From assembly GCF_009914755.1 (NCBI RefSeq), contig NC_060946.1: a DNA stretch of 64,000 bases; one strand, 5' to 3'. Each line of letters begins with the position of its first letter. The first letter of the stretch is position 1. A model generated the notes under the pieces. That model saw only the letters and a list, made by a program, of their open reading frames with translations. It had not been told where the DNA came from and did not search any database. Made by a program: the position numbers and the translations under genes. Below, one piece after another: positions 12,950 to 27,459 of this stretch. The stretch is from the human T2T-CHM13v2.0 reference genome, Homo sapiens.

Positions 12950-13196
12950 AATCAGATCCTGGTATGGAGAAAAAGACATCGGTAAGGACGAAGGAAATGT
13001 GAACACTGCATGGACGATGGCTGATAATAGTGTGCCGCTATTGGCTCAGCAACTCTAACCTACCAATGCCAGATGCTCACAACGGTGAAACTGGTGTGTG
13101 GTAGATGCGATCTCTCTGTACTGTCTTCTCAATTTTTCAGCAAAGATAAAACTGTTCTAAAGTTGAAAAGTTTATTAAAAAAAAAAAAAGAAAAAA
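12950..13196 (+). mobile_element. L1M (MB/MC-like) 3' end with poly(A)
   Basis: ctctctgtactgtcttctcaatttttc...aaaactgttctaaagttgaaaagtttatt followed by an A tail. Confidence 0.7.
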
Positions 13197-16100
13197 GACG
13201 GGCTTATTAGCAAAAATCTGAGATAGAACCAAGCAGTAGGGCCCAGCCCACCCCCCGCTCAGGGCGCACCAGCAGTACCCCTCTCTCAGGGACATGGCCA
13301 GGCCTGGGCCACTCCGAAGAGCTCTTCCTGGTGCTGGGGGGCCTGGTGGGTTTATTCCACCTGTCAGTCTCACTGCAAAGTGTGGCAGTGGAGTCTGAGT
13401 TAGGCTGACTCTTACCCTGCCAAGGACACCCCTGCACTCAGGACCCAGCCCCGGCCCCCTTGCCCTGTGGGCTGGAGGCGACCCTGTGTGCAGATGGCAG
13501 ATGGAGGGGCATGGTGCTGTTGCTCTCAGGTCAGGGGCAGCAGCCTCAGCCCTGACCAGCCCTCTCCTGCGTGGTTGTGGCTGGGTCTCCTGGTCTCTGG
13601 CCTCCTTTCCATTCCAACCTGTAGAAAACAGTGTGGTGGGGGATGCTCGGCCTGCAGATCAGACAGGCCAGGGTCAAAGCCCCGAACTACCACCTGAACT
13701 AGTCCTGGCCGAGTGGCGCTGATGCTCTAGGCCGAGGGCCCCCTTGACAGAACAGCCATCATCTAGCTCCGCCGCAGGGTAGGGGAGGTGGCAGTGTGGG
13801 CCGCAGCCCTTGGCTGAAGCGGGGGCCAAGCGGGGCTCTGCCTGGTGCAGGGGGTTTCCTCTATGGGGCAGGGGCTCCCAAATTAGCCCTGGTGACATCT
13901 GGAGCTCACCTCTGGGGGCTCTGGGGGCTGAGAGAGCAGGCGGGGCCCAGTTCTATCAATCATCTGCCTTGTTCCTGGGGGATCGCGGTCAGTCCCAGCC
14001 TCCCCACAAGTCCTGGGGCGGGGCAGGCCTGCTGGAAACCCAAGATGCAGAGAAGAGCGCCAAGCACCTGAGACAGGGCTCTGAGCACGGAAGGCAAGGA
14101 CGCCTCCCTCAGCCTCAGCTGGGGAGCCAGTGGCCCTGCATGCACTTTCTCCCATCTGGGGAGCCTGAGCCCTGACCCAGTCCCGAGGCCCATGTGTGCA
14201 CAAAAGCCTCCTGCTTTCTCACCCAGGACACTGGCGATCAGTGGGTAGGCGAGCCGGAGCCCAGCTGCTGCGCTCCCTTCCCTGCCAGGACCGGGCCAGC
14301 TGCATCCTCATGCCTGGGTTTCAGGGCTTCTCGGGGGATGTGATGGCACTGCCTGAGGATGTGGGATCCTTCCACTGAAAAGGGCCACACGGCTGTCCCC
14401 AGCACCCTTCCAGAAGGGACAACCCACTCCTGGGAGGTCTTAATGTAGACATCGAGGTCCCCCGAGCTTCCTCCATGGCCTGGCCACTTCACAACCATAT
14501 TTCTTTATGTTCCACGCGCCTTGCCTGCTCCACGGCCAGGACCAGGGCCACCATCTTTGCAGCCGGTGAAGGGACAGCTGCCGTGGGCTGGGCTGCCGAG
14601 GCAGGACAGGGGTCCGGGCCAGGGAGGGGTGGATGGAGGCCAAGGATGGGCCCCTTGGAGACAGCCTTGGGGTGCAGCCGGCTCTGCCACCTCTCCCTGG
14701 CTTCCTTCCCTCCAACCTGTGACTCCTGGGAAGTCCCTGATGGGCCAGCCACTTGGGGCCGGGAAGTAACTGTGGTGTGTGGTGGTCACCCTCACCAGAG
14801 TTCATGGGGTGGAGCAAGGGGGACAGAATCTCCCCCAAAATCAGGTGTCTTGTTCCCAGGCCCAGCACAGAGACCTGGCCCCCAGACATCTCTGGACATT
14901 TGTTAAGAGTGGACAACTGCTTCCATTACACAGGAGAGGAAACCGAGGCTCTAAGGGGTCCCAGACTTGCCTGGCTGCCACAGTGAGCAGGCAACAAATA
15001 CCAAGTGGCTGCCGCAATGGGGTAGGTGGGAGGCAGTGGCTGAACCAGAAAGTGCTGCTGTCGATTCTGCTAGTTGCATGAGTCTTAGGAGATCATCAAA
15101 GGGCAGATTGTGGGGAGATAAAAAGTATGAGTGGGGAACAGGATTGGGGGGAGCAGAAGAGCCTCAAAGACCCTGCGACATTCTCAACGTCTCGATGGTG
15201 ACTCAGAGATAGCTCCAACCCGCATGGCGGGCAGAGTGCGGAGGGGACGGCTTTGTGGCTGGATTAGTCATCCCGGTGCAGCTCACCCCAAATCCCGGCT
15301 TCCAGCCCTGGGCCGTCCATGCTGGGATGGAGGAAGGGCAGCCTCTCCGCAGGGCCATGTCCTGGAGCCTGATAACCTGGCCAGCACACTGTGCAAATGG
15401 TGCATGAGACAGGGAGTTGGCTCTGTGTTCCCCACGGTGGCCAAGGGACCAGCTGTGCCTCAGTTTCCCTTATTCTATCAAACTTTGAAAAAGGTCCCGT
15501 AAAAGTGCATCTGTTTCCAGGGTAGGGGCCAGAGTCAGCCACCCACACCAGAGTGAGAATTGGTGGGTGCCCTAGCCCTGGCAGGATCTGGCATTTTGCT
15601 GGACGGAGAGAGGAGGCAGCACCCACTGGGGCTCGGGCAACCATCCCGGCTACCCCCGCCCCGGCCCGCCAGGAGAGGAGGGAAGCCTTGAAGTGCCAGG
15701 CCTTTGAATCGCCCATCTCCATGGCAACGCGTGGGCACAAAGGGCCGGGCCGGCGAGCAGGCGGCGGCTGCGCAAGCTGGAAGGAGGAAGGGAATCTTTT
15801 ATTTATGGGGAGGGAGAGTCGGGGAGCCAGGCTGCGCCCACGCTCAGGGCCAGGCCGCAGTCTTGAGGCTGGGCCCCCTGCCCCATAGCCAGGGCCTCTG
15901 AGCAGCACCTGCCCACACACCCCTGACCCTCCGTGCCTGGCTGGGTGGACGGAGCATGGGCAAATGGAGGGCAGAATGGAGTGAGTGTCCAGCATGCACC
16001 CAACCTGGAGATCGGCCCAGAGGGTCCCTGGGAGCCTGCCATCCTCCATACCCCAGTCTCTGTGATGCGGGCACCCGGGCAGATACCATGCTGAGAGCCA

Positions 16101-19100
16101 GCTGGGCCTGCAGTGAGGAAACGTAGCCCAAAGCAGACTGCAGAGCTGGAACTCAGGTGGGGCTGCTGCCATAGGCTCTGAAGACAGCGCAGGAGACCGG
16201 GAGGGGTCACCAGTGCCAAGGCCCTGAGGCAAGCCAGAGCTGGGAGCATCTGAGGATGGGCATTAGCGTGGGGCTCCAGGGTATAGCCGGTCCACTGCAG
16301 GCAGCCTGGCCTCCCCAGAGACCCAGCCACGGCTCCTCACCTTGGACAGGGGGCCCTGGGCCTTGGGCATCAAATGACCTGCTTGCCGCGGTGGAGGCTG
16401 CCATACCAGGACGCCGGCCCACGGCCTCCAGCGGCCCGTCCCCACCTTCCCAAGCCCCTCCCCTCATGGCTCACACCCTGTTCCCTGAGCCCCCAAACAT
16501 GGGAAATGGCACCTGTTGTGCCCCAGCGGGGGAATTCTGACCCCAGACCCTGGGGCCAGTGCAGAAACCACCACTGAATCAGATTTTATTTCATCTAAAA
16601 AATATCTGAGCCAGATTGAAAGCAGCGGGGAAAGGGTCCCATGGCTGCTTCCCCCAGCCCCACCCTCCACAGGCCCTGGGCCCTCCCAGCCCCCATTTCC
16701 TTTCCTTGAGAAAGTCTAAAGTGGGGCAATATTTTGTGAAATTGGAGGCACCACGTTGGAAATTCCAAACCCGTGTGTACGATGAGCTGCACGCGCGTTT
16801 TGAACCTGCCCTGGTTTTGAGCTGAGGGAAGCGGAGGGTGCAGGAGTTGCCCACTCCAGAGGCCCTGGGTGTGCATGAGGAGCCCTGAGGCTGGGCCGAG
16901 AGCCGCTTGTGGGAGGCACTGTGCCCCCTGCCCCCAAGATCAGGGCCTGGGTGCCCAGGACACTACAGACCTTTTGGGGATCCTGGGGGTTGGGAAGCCT
17001 AGAGCTGGAACCCACAGGCCAGAGTCTGAGCTTTCATCCCCCACCCCCGAAGACGCTCCCCCAGCCACTGCCTGCGCATCGGGGGAGACAAGCTCCCCCC
17101 ACGCCCACCTTGCCTCCAGCAGGGCTGTTCCTCCCCTCATCTGCTGGCATCAGTTTTTTCTTTAACTGAGCCCCATGCTGGGGAAGGGAGAGCTCCAGGG
17201 GACCAGGCAGCAGAGAGGGGAGGAGAGAAGCCATCAAACAGGCCGGGGGCTGGGAGGCCATGCACTCAGCATAGAGCCCCACATGGCAGCAGGGGGCTGG
17301 ATGGCCGGCTTAGAGCCCATTCTCTCCTGGACACTGTTCTGGAATGGCCCCTGGCCCCTCCGTTCCAAAGATGGGACCCTCCGGTCCCCGGGGACCCGGG
17401 ATGATGTCCCCCAAACCACCTCTCTTCCCAGACTTCATCAATGGCAATGAATGGTGCATCCTGGCTGGGGCCGCCGCCCCTCACTGTGAGACTTCAGCCC
17501 AGACGAGCGCCCAGCCCCTCCTGGGGTCTCAGATAGTCAGAATGAAAGGCTCACGGCTGCCATGCACTTCCACAGGACTTTGTGGTTCCTCCTGCACCCC
17601 CGGTGATGCTTTCATCCCTCTCCAGCACCATTCCAGAGGCCAGAAAACCATGATGTTTGGGGTCAAACAGCTGGGAGAGGCAGTTGGAACTCAGGCCAGG
17701 CCTGTCTGACTGGACAGTGCAGAGACTGGGACCATGCTCCCCTACAAGTGCTGTCAGTGCACCCTCGATGCCCCCCAGAGCTTGCCATGCCCCGACAGTC
17801 CCTTCATGGCCAAAGTGTTCCCTGGCACAGGATACCCTGGGGTGCCATGTCTGCAAGAGCTCACACCCTTCTCTCCCCAGCTGCTGCTAACTGCTGCCAG
17901 AGGTGGGAGTGTGGAGGGCTCGGGGCCTCTTCACCCTCCCTGCACCAACTCAGCTCCAGAACATTCCCAGCAGTGAGAAGAGGGTGGCCACTGTGCTGCA
18001 GCCCCAAGGGATGGGCAAGGCCATGCCAGCTGGAGTCATCCATGTCCCCTCGGACATGGTGGCCTCATTCAGAGGGCAGCATGGAGGAAGGTGCAATGAG
18101 GGTGGCTACCAGAGACAGTGGAGATGAGGCAGTCAGGAAGCCCAGGGACAGGACTGGAGGGGACACACGGCCAGCCTGGGACAGGGCATGAGGCCTTTGT
18201 TCTGCGTGCTGTGGCATACGGTGTTGGCTCTGGCCCTGGCCCATCTTTTGTTAGTGGTAGGAGGGTGCTCCTTTAATCAGCCAACTCTTTGTTTCAAATT
18301 GCCCCTGTCCTTGAAAACACTGCTTCAGGGAAGCGTGAGACAAAGCCAGTTCAGTGGGGTGCCTACCTGGCCAGCAGCCCTCATCCGCAGGGGCTGCTCC
18401 TGGGGCACGTGCCAGAATCAGACAGTCCCACCGTCATGCAGGTGCTGGGGCCTTCAGTCAGCAGGACCAGGCAGCCCATGTCCTGGGGACCCTTGGGGAG
18501 GTGTGGGCATTTGCTGAGTTGGGCTGTCATTTGCTAGACAGGCGCTTGGCGAAGGGGCCCTTTTGTGCATGGATGCCCTGGGCAGGTGTCAGTCCTGAGT
18601 CCTGGAGAGGAAGGCAAGCTTTGGAGTTGATGCTGGGTCCTAGGAGGGAGCGTGTGGTTTCGCCAGCTTCTCAAAAGTCACCTGAGACCCTGCCAAGGGA
18701 CCTCCAGACATTCGGTGCAGGCTCCTGGAGGCTGGACAGAGGGCACCAAAGGGCGACGGGCCCCGAGGACAGAGGTGTGCAGCCAGGTGGGGCCATGGCC
18801 AGGCTGGGACCTGCTGGAGCTCTTGTGTGTGAGCCTGGAGGAGCTGCCAGGCTGGGGGAGATCGGGGCTGGGGCTGGGGGCGGGGCTGGGCGTCAGCAGG
18901 GTCTGCAGCTCCCATCTTCCCAGCTTATAGACCTGAATATCCAGGTTGAGAATAAACCATTCTCCCAGGGCACCATAGCCTCCAGGAAGCACCTCCTCCT
19001 TCCACCATCCGCCTTTCAGGAGGGGCCTCCCTGGGGGGCTGTCTCTGGGACTGCAGAGGCTGCTTGGTGTATCTGGGGCTCTGACATGAGTGAGATTGTT

Positions 19101-22100
19101 CCGGGGCCTGTGCTGCCCAGCCTCTTCCCCAACAGCTTCCTCTGGAGGCAAGGGGCTTGGCAGGAGCTGCAGGGAGCCAATTATCCCTGAGGCAAGCTGG
19201 CTGCAGATAATTGGGAAGACAGGCTTTTCACCAGCAGCCAAGCTCTGGGGCGCACTCGCCACACCAGGACTTGGGACTTGAGGATCCAGAGGTCTGCCAA
19301 ACCCCACGCCTGATTGGGAGCCCCATGTGCTGCCATCTACCAGGGGAGGTGGCATTTTCTTGGCAACTGAGGGGGGAAGCCAGGTGCTGAGGTGTGGCCC
19401 ACGGGACGCCTCGCCTGGGGACCTCCCAGCCCTTCTCCTCTGCCTCCTAGGGGCCTCCTCTCCTTACACATGAAAACCTCCAATGTCTAGCCCAGGGCTC
19501 CAGATTAGGGGTCAGTGCCGCCCCCAGCCCAACTTCCTCTGGGAAGTGTGGGGTTCTCCCCGGGGCACTCAGGCCTCTTTCTTACAGGGCTTCCCAAGGG
19601 GAGGCATCCAGAGGAAGGCAAAGGCTGTGATCAGGTAGAACCCGCTGGACGCCCCCACCATCTCCCTCCATCAACATCAAAAGACAAGCTGACCACCCCC
19701 AATGCAAGGTGGACATTAGGGTTAAACCCTGAGTGACCAGCACTCAGCTCCCAGCCTGGCCGGGATGCAGTGGGGTGGGGTGTGGTGGGCTCATGGGGCT
19801 GGTGAGAGCCCGGTGGGGTGGGTTTCAGGTGCTGCTTGTCCAGGGCTCAGCTCTGTTCCTTGGGGCTCCCTCAGCCCAAGGGCCCACCTCCCCTCTGGGC
19901 AGCCCCGATCGGCGTGTTCTGCCTCGGCCAGCTGTCAGCCACCTGCAGCTCCTCCCTCATTGCACCACCCTGGAGCATCACGGTGCCCAGGGCAGGCCGT
20001 GGAGACCTGGCTAGCCCATGGTCTGCTCAGTCCTCACCAGCTGTTGTGACAGAAACAAGTCTGTGCTGATGAGCTGAGCCGACCAGGCTGCAGCCCTCAC
20101 TTCAGGAGAGGGTCAGGCCCAGCCAGGCCTGGTGAGCAGGTGTGGGGAAGGATGGGTGCTCATGTGCGGGAAGTTTCTCAAGAGTGGTGGAAGGAGGATA
20201 GACAACGAGGGCCCAGTGGATAGGGCGGGGAGGCAGGAAGAGGGGACAGAGAGGGGACCAGTGAAGGAGAGTGGAGGGTACTGCCCCCCTGGGGGAAGGA
20301 TGGGGTGGGGCTGGTGTTAGCTGGGTTGGGTGTGTGGGTCTGGCAGGGAGCCGGGCATGGGAGTGGGTCCCGAGGAATGCTAGGTTGGAGCCAGGACCAT
20401 GGGCCTCACCAGTCATAGAAGCCTCACCTCAGGGCAGAGGGGGCTGACAGACTGGGCTGACGGGAAGGGGGGCTTCCTGTCACCAGAGAACATAAAGGGA
20501 CCACTAGTGGCCTGGGCCATGAGGCTCTGTGGCCCTCAAGGTGCTGAGCTCAAGGTGGGCCCAGCCCATGGCTGCCTTTGTGGGGACCCCACAGGGAGAT
20601 GCTGGCCTCTGAGGATGCTCAGACCTGGTTCAGCATGGCCAGGCCCTGGCCTAGCCCAAGGTCAGCACTGGCCACTACCCTGGGGGCTGAGTCTCCGTCT
20701 CGCCCTGTGACATGGTGCCCACACTATGAGCCAGTGTCAACCCTTTGCCCATACACCGGGAGCCTTGTGTGTCCATACTCATGGCTGAGGGCCTGTTTGG
20801 GGGTCTCTGTGTTGGGGGAGGTGGGTCCAGGGTGCGTGGCCCCTGGGATTGTTCATCATGAGTGCCACCTGGAAGGTGCTGGAGCCTCACCCGTCCTCCA
20901 GAGTGTTTTGGGGAGATCCTGTGCTGACATCTTGGCTGGGCCAGGATGGTGTCTAGGAGGGACCCTTGGGAGGGAAGCAGGGGCATCAGGGGGCCTGGTG
21001 CTGGGGTGGGTGGCAGGAGAGGCCTGGAGGGCGGCGGCCCAAGCCAGTGGCTGGGCAGGTGTCAGGAGGGAGAGGGGTGAGGCCTGGCCTCCCTGCCACA
21101 GCTTAGCCAGGGCCTGGGGTGTCTTGGGGTGGGACAAGGCCCAGGGCAGAGGCAGGGCTGCTTGCATGCAGGGTGGCCACATCCCGGCCTGGTGAGTGCC
21201 GGCCGCTCAGTTCTGTGGCCCTCTGCTGCCCTCTGCCGGCCGCCTCTGTCCCTGCAGGCCCAGCCATCTACCTGCAGGTCTGGACAGACCCTCAGAGCCT
21301 AGGCTGGGAGGTCTCAGGAGTCAAGACAGGGTTGAATCCCATTTGAGGGCATCTGAAGGAGTGAGAGCCTATGTCAACCCCCTGCCCAGCCTTGCCTCGG
21401 CCAGTGGCTCCCAGGGGACTCTGGTGGGCAGTGGCTAAAGATGACAGAGGGGCTCAGAGAGGCTGAGCTGCTCTGTAAGGTTGCACAGTGAGCAGGGGCC
21501 GAGTGGCCTTGGGAGAGGCAACAGCAGGAGGGTCCTCGTCATGGCCACAGCCCAGGGACAGGAAACCCCTGCTGGGTTCCCCCACCAAGTAGCTCCCATT
21601 CCCAGCCCTTAGGGTGTCTCAGGAGAGGTTCCGGGGGAGGTCCCACCTGCCTCCTGCCTTCTCCCCCAACCACACCCTAAATGGGTCCCAGCTCCCCAGC
21701 CCCTCCCACAAGGGCTCACCCGCCAGAGCTCGGGGAGAGGCCCTGCAGGGCGGCTGTTCCTCCGTGTGCTGCAGTCCTCTGGACACTGAAAGCCAATCCC
21801 ATCCATCTTAATGGCATTTAATATGCACAGTGAAAGTCAGCAGCCACAGCCACGGGCGTGTGCTCAGGGCAAGGTTTACACGCGGATGCCACCAGGCTTA
21901 GCCCATGAGTGGCCTCCTGGGTCCCAGGAGACCTGTGGGGTGGGGGTGCAGCTGGGTGGGCCATGGTAGCAGAGACCTGGGGAGGGGATGTGGGAGGTAG
22001 GAACTGGGCTAGGCAGGGACTCAGGGGAGGCTGAGGCCTGGAACAGGGAGACTGAGACCTCAAGGAGGCTGGGACATTGGGAGTCAAGACTTGGGGAAGC

Positions 22101-22234
22101 TGGAACATGGGCAGGCCGAGACGCAGGGGTTTAAGAATGAGGGTCTGGTGCAGACCTGAGTTGGAGCCCAGCCGCTGCTGGCCCCACGTAGCTGGAGAGT
22201 GTGCTGACCCCATGGTGGCTAGAGAATGTGCTGT

Positions 22235-23031
22235 TGGTAGGGAAGGCAAGTGCTGGGAAGGGAAAAGTGTGGTCCATTTAAATGATACGGAAGCAGGGGA
22301 GGGAAGTGCTGGGTAGAGGAGGGCATGGTCCCAGACTAGGGCTCCAACCCCACGGACCTAGGTGAGAACAGGCACTTCCTACCCAAATGTTGCATTTCTC
22401 ACGACCACCCTGGCCTGCCACGCCCCCATCCTGTGCTTATAAAATCCCCCGAGACCTTAGCAGGCAGACACAGGCAGCTGGACGTGGAGAGGAACACATC
22501 AGCGGAGACACACACGGGCGGCTGGATGTCGAGATGAACGCACTGATAGGCACCGGCATGCTGGCAGGCCACTGACTGGCAGAACCACACGGAGTTTGGC
22601 TGGGGCAGTTGGAGGACAGCCCGGGTGCACAGCGGCCCCACTCCAGGGGAAAACCTTCCCACTCCACCCCCTTCTAGCTTCCCCTATCTGCTGGGAGCCA
22701 CCTCCCCTCAATAAAACCTTGCACTCATTCTCCAAGTCCACGTGTGATCTGACTCTTCTGGTACACAAAGGCAAGAACCCCAGGATCCAGAAAGCCCTCT
22801 GACTAACACAAGCCACCCTACAGACGACAAACTAAAAAAGCCCCCGTGACACACGCCCACTGGGGCTTCAGCTGTAAACCTTCACCCCTAGACACTGCTG
22901 TGGGGTCGGAGCTCCACAGCCTGCCCGTCTGTAAGCTCCCCTAGAGGTTTGGGCAGCAGAGCACTGAAGAAGCGAGCCACTCCCCTTCTCACACACCCTG
23001 CTAGGGCAACAAGGGAACTTTTTCCGTTTCA
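22235..23031 (+). mobile_element. Solo ERV1 LTR, LTR1 family
   Basis: TG...CA ends, 4-bp TSD ctgt/ctgg, TATAAAA at 22438 and AATAAA at 22710. The sequence resembles the LTR1 consensus as recalled (tgatacggaag...aagggaactttttccgtttca). Confidence 0.8.
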
Positions 23032-23853
23032 CTGGCCCAAGGTGGCTGGACAGTGTGCTGGCCCCACAGTAGCTGGAGAGTGTGTCGCGCTCCCTGGCTT
23101 TCCTCCTGATGTATAAAATGAGTTAGCGGGTCCTGGGGGCTGTTCCCACAGTGACGTGGTGGAGGCTGACCCTGACACCCACCCCTGCTGAATGCTCAGT
23201 GAATGGTGGTTGCTGTCAGGAAGCATCATTGCTGTCCTCCATCAGTGTCTGTGGGGCTAGGTGACTCTTGGAGGATGCTTCCAGCAACGTTGCACTGCCA
23301 AGACAGAGGCCGTCCACCTGCCTCTGGGCTTCCTGGTGTGAACAGATGGATGGATGCGTGGGCCTGCTGCGTGCAGGGAGCTGAGGCTGGGTCTTCACCT
23401 ATGGGCAGGAGGCTACACAGGGCTCTGGGAGAGACAGCACTGTGGCTGGGACAGAGCCCATGTGATGAGATGCCCTCGGTGCCCCTGGCCTCCCTCCTCG
23501 CTCCTGCCCCTCTGGAACATCACCCAGAGCCCCCTTGCTCTTTTGGGGGATGTCTGGGTGTCTGCGGTTGCTGTCACTCTTGATCCCACCCACCCACCCC
23601 TGCAGGTTGCTGGCAGGACAAGTGCAGGAGTCATCTCATGGCTTTCCCTGGGATCTCTGTACCCGCTGAGAGCCGGGAGCTGCACACAGCCTGTCCACCA
23701 TCCTGGGAACTCACCCTGTTGCTGCCGCTTGTCCTGGGTCATCCTGGGGCTCACTCCTTGCCATTCAGACCCCTGTGAGGAGAGCACTGGCTGTGAGTTG
23801 CTCTGTGGCTAGTGATGGCAAGGCAGGGCCTGGAGTAGATCCATCACGAATAG

Positions 23854-24150
<297 letters not shown>

Positions 24151-27100
24151 GAGAATTCTTAATGAAATGGGAACATGCCTCCCAGGAAATGCACAGGGGC
24201 CTGCAGTGATAGAGTGGCCTCAGGTATGTGCACAGGTGTGAACACGCCTTCCACAGAGGGCAGTGGACGTGCACATGCCTCACACACACTGTGGCGCAGG
24301 GCAAGTGTCCCACATGTGTTCATGCTTGCGCACATGTCAGTGGGCTGGATGTGTGTGTGCACACCTGTGTCATGCCTGCAGAGAAGACAGTGGAGAGAAA
24401 TATGCCCAAATCTCCCCTCTGGGTCCCTGCCCTGGGTGCTGGGATGTCAGAACAGGTCGATGTCCTTTTATCCTTCCCCATATCCACCACGCTGTCTACC
24501 AAAGCACGCTTTAGTTTTATAATCAGAAATGAAATGCACCGTTTCAAGAAAGCCATGGGCCAGCCCCTCTGTGCCCTGGTGTTGGCGGGGGCAGAGGGGT
24601 GGGGTGTGTAGGGGGAGATTAGCCTCATGCAGCCGTGGGGCCAGGGAGGCCAAGGTCAGCTTGCTCAGCACCTGGAGGTACAGCGAGTACCAACAACACA
24701 GCCTAGCTTGACCGCGGAAGGAAAATCAATGCTGGGCGCAAGGACTGACGGCAGACTCACTGGGAACACTGTCCACCGACGTCAGAGCTGCTCACAGGGC
24801 ACCGGGAGCTTGCCAGCGAGCTTGGCTGCCTGTGTTTGGAACAACCCTGGTGGGCGAGCACGGGCCCCTCACCTGACTCCACTCAGTGCCCTTCCCAGAG
24901 GGGAGACAAAGGCTGTGAACAGCTCTGGAGGCCCTCCCTGCCAGTGCCCCCCAGGCCTGGCTAAAGAAATCTCAAATACCCCGAAGGGCCTGGCTCCAGC
25001 GGCCCCTGCTATGGGTCAGCCTCAGGGGGATGCTCATCTTCAATTGACCCTGACTGTTCCACATTACAAGATAAACTGTGGGGTTAACTCAAGGCGGTAT
25101 TACTTTGTAAAGACTGCTCTTTATACAAGAGCGGTGGATGCAAAAACAAAAACATTGCCATGTAAGACGGGAGTCCTCCGAGTCCTGTCTTCCTCCATTC
25201 CGTGTCCTTGCACCCCATCCATGTGTGGCCTGCATGGACAGACAGCTTCACACACTCAGACTCTTCCCTCCCCACGCATCAGAGATGTGTGTCCCTGTTA
25301 CTGACATGCAGGGAGGGGCTCATCATCTTGGGCACACCCCATGGTGCTCTGAGCCCATCATCACCTATGGTGGACGTTGAAGGAGTTCCCAGGTTTTCCT
25401 TTTCAGGAGCCATGGCTCGGGCCAGTGCCTAGGAGGTCAGAGGTTGGGGGCCCAGGGAGAGGTCACTGCCCAACCGTGCCACCTTGGACTCAGAGTGCCG
25501 GCCCAGGGAACCAGGCAGGCCCGGCTCTGACCGTGCCGCTGGGCGACCGCTGGCTGAGACCTGGGGCTGAAACACATCCCACATCAGCCAAGGAAACAGG
25601 CTCTGCATGAGGCCTGAAGCCCCTGAAGGGCTCTGGGACAGGAGGAGAGCCCAAGCCTTCAGCTGTGATGTGCACAGCACCGTCTGTCCTCCACCCAAGG
25701 GAACTCACCTTGGTGACCCTGCTGGAAGGCACAGGTTGCTGACATTCTGACCCCTGACATTCGGACCTCCAGCAGAGCCTGCAGTTTGAGACCTCTGGTT
25801 CAGGAGCTGGGACTGATGGGGCCCTTGGGGATTCCCGTGCTGCTGGAGGAAGATGGGGGCATGGGGGTGTCCACAGCAAAGAAGTGAGAAGTAGAGGCCG
25901 CCAGCCCCCCGCCCCGACCCTTCCCTGGCTAGAGTGGGGCAGGCTTGGGGGTGAGTCTGGGGTGCTGATTTCACCCTCCTGGGCCAAAGTCTCCCCGTGA
26001 CTTTATGGACTGTCTCCCTGTGCTCCCTGAGACCCTGGTTCTCCCTCACCAGCCTGGGTCCTTCTTGTCTCAGCTCAGCTGTCACCTCCTCCGGGAAGCC
26101 CCCAAGCCCTTGAGTGGGTGCCCAGCAGGCATGGTCAGTGCTGAGGCTACAAGCCCTGCCGGCACCCGGCAGGGAACACAAGGCCAGGTCAGGCTCTGGG
26201 GACAGTAGACAAGCTTATCCCTGCACACTGGGGACTGCCCACCTGGGGGAGAGAGCTAGGTCAGGCTGGGGAGACGTCAGGGGATGGCCGGGCACCCCTC
26301 CCTGAGGAGAGCTCCACCTGAGCAAGAGTGTCACCAGGCCCACTCCAGACACATGCACTGCCTCAGACGGGCTGGAGAGAGGGTGTGGCCGGGCCATGGG
26401 ATGAACCATTCTGGGCGGTTGTCCTGGCATCACCAGACATGTGGCTCTATTAAGCATCTCGACTCCACAGGAGCCCATGTGGCATGTCCTCTGACCTCCT
26501 GTTCACTTCTGAAAGGGGCGGCCCTCTGAGATTCTGCCTGGAACCTGTCAGCCCTCCTGACAAGGTCTCTGGTTCCCGGCCATCACAGGCACCCAGCCAC
26601 CCTACAGAGAGGCTCTGGGAGGCTCAGCCTTGCCTGGGGCCCCAAGACTGATGCCAGCTGGGGCATCTCACAGGGAGCACCCCTACCTGTAAACCGCCCA
26701 GCTCAAGCCCTGCCTCGACCTCTCCAAGTCAGCAGCCGACCTTCCCCAGGGCCCCTCCCAGCCTGCAGGGGGTCTGAGGCTCTGAGGCTTTTCTGCAGCC
26801 TCTCAGTCCCCCACCCTGCTACCTGCTCAGGCAGAGAGATCATGGCTCTGGGTTATTGTGTGCTTAGTGGGTGCTGGAGCTCGTGCTAAACAACTTGGGT
26901 GCCCCCTGAATCTTGACAATAATCTGAGGGGGCATTATTATTACTATTCTCACTTCCCCGAGGAAGAAGTCCCAAACCCCGTCTGGCACAAAGCCAGCGC
27001 CCCGAGTCTCCCTCTGCAGTCCATGTGCTCCCACGTGGGGCATGCCTGGGACATCACAACATCTGGGGTCAATGCGGCTGCTGTTGTCACTGTGGCATTC

Positions 27101-27459
27101 AGCTTTCCCAAGGCTCACATCTGCTCCATCCAGCAAAGGGGTCTTGCACCCCAAGCCTGCCTCCCTCTTCACACACACAATCCCACTTCGTCAACCACAA
27201 AGATGCATGGGTTTACCCAGCCTCAACCCCATCGGCCCCTCCCCTTCCAGTTGCCGGAGGGCTCGGGCCCCTTCAGCTGGGCTCCCACATTCCTGACCCC
27301 TGGCCTGCAGGCCCTCAAGACTATGCCAGCCCGGGCTCACCTGGTGCCAGACACCTGCATCTCCCTGGGGTGGGGGTTGGGGGCAGTAGGCTCCGTGGAC
27401 CTAGCACACGTATGATTCTTGGAAAATGTAAATGTCTCTGAGGACAGCGATCCCAGCTT

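Noticed and set aside
15264-16232. 322-aa minus-strand ORF
   Set aside because: It has no protein-family similarity and the composition of GC-rich non-coding DNA.
16595-16605. MEF2 site ctaaaaaatat
   Set aside because: The A-run is one base too long for CTA(A/T)4TAG.
18354-19190. 278-aa plus-strand ORF and an overlapping 225-aa minus-strand ORF
   Set aside because: No homology, splice structure or promoter support.
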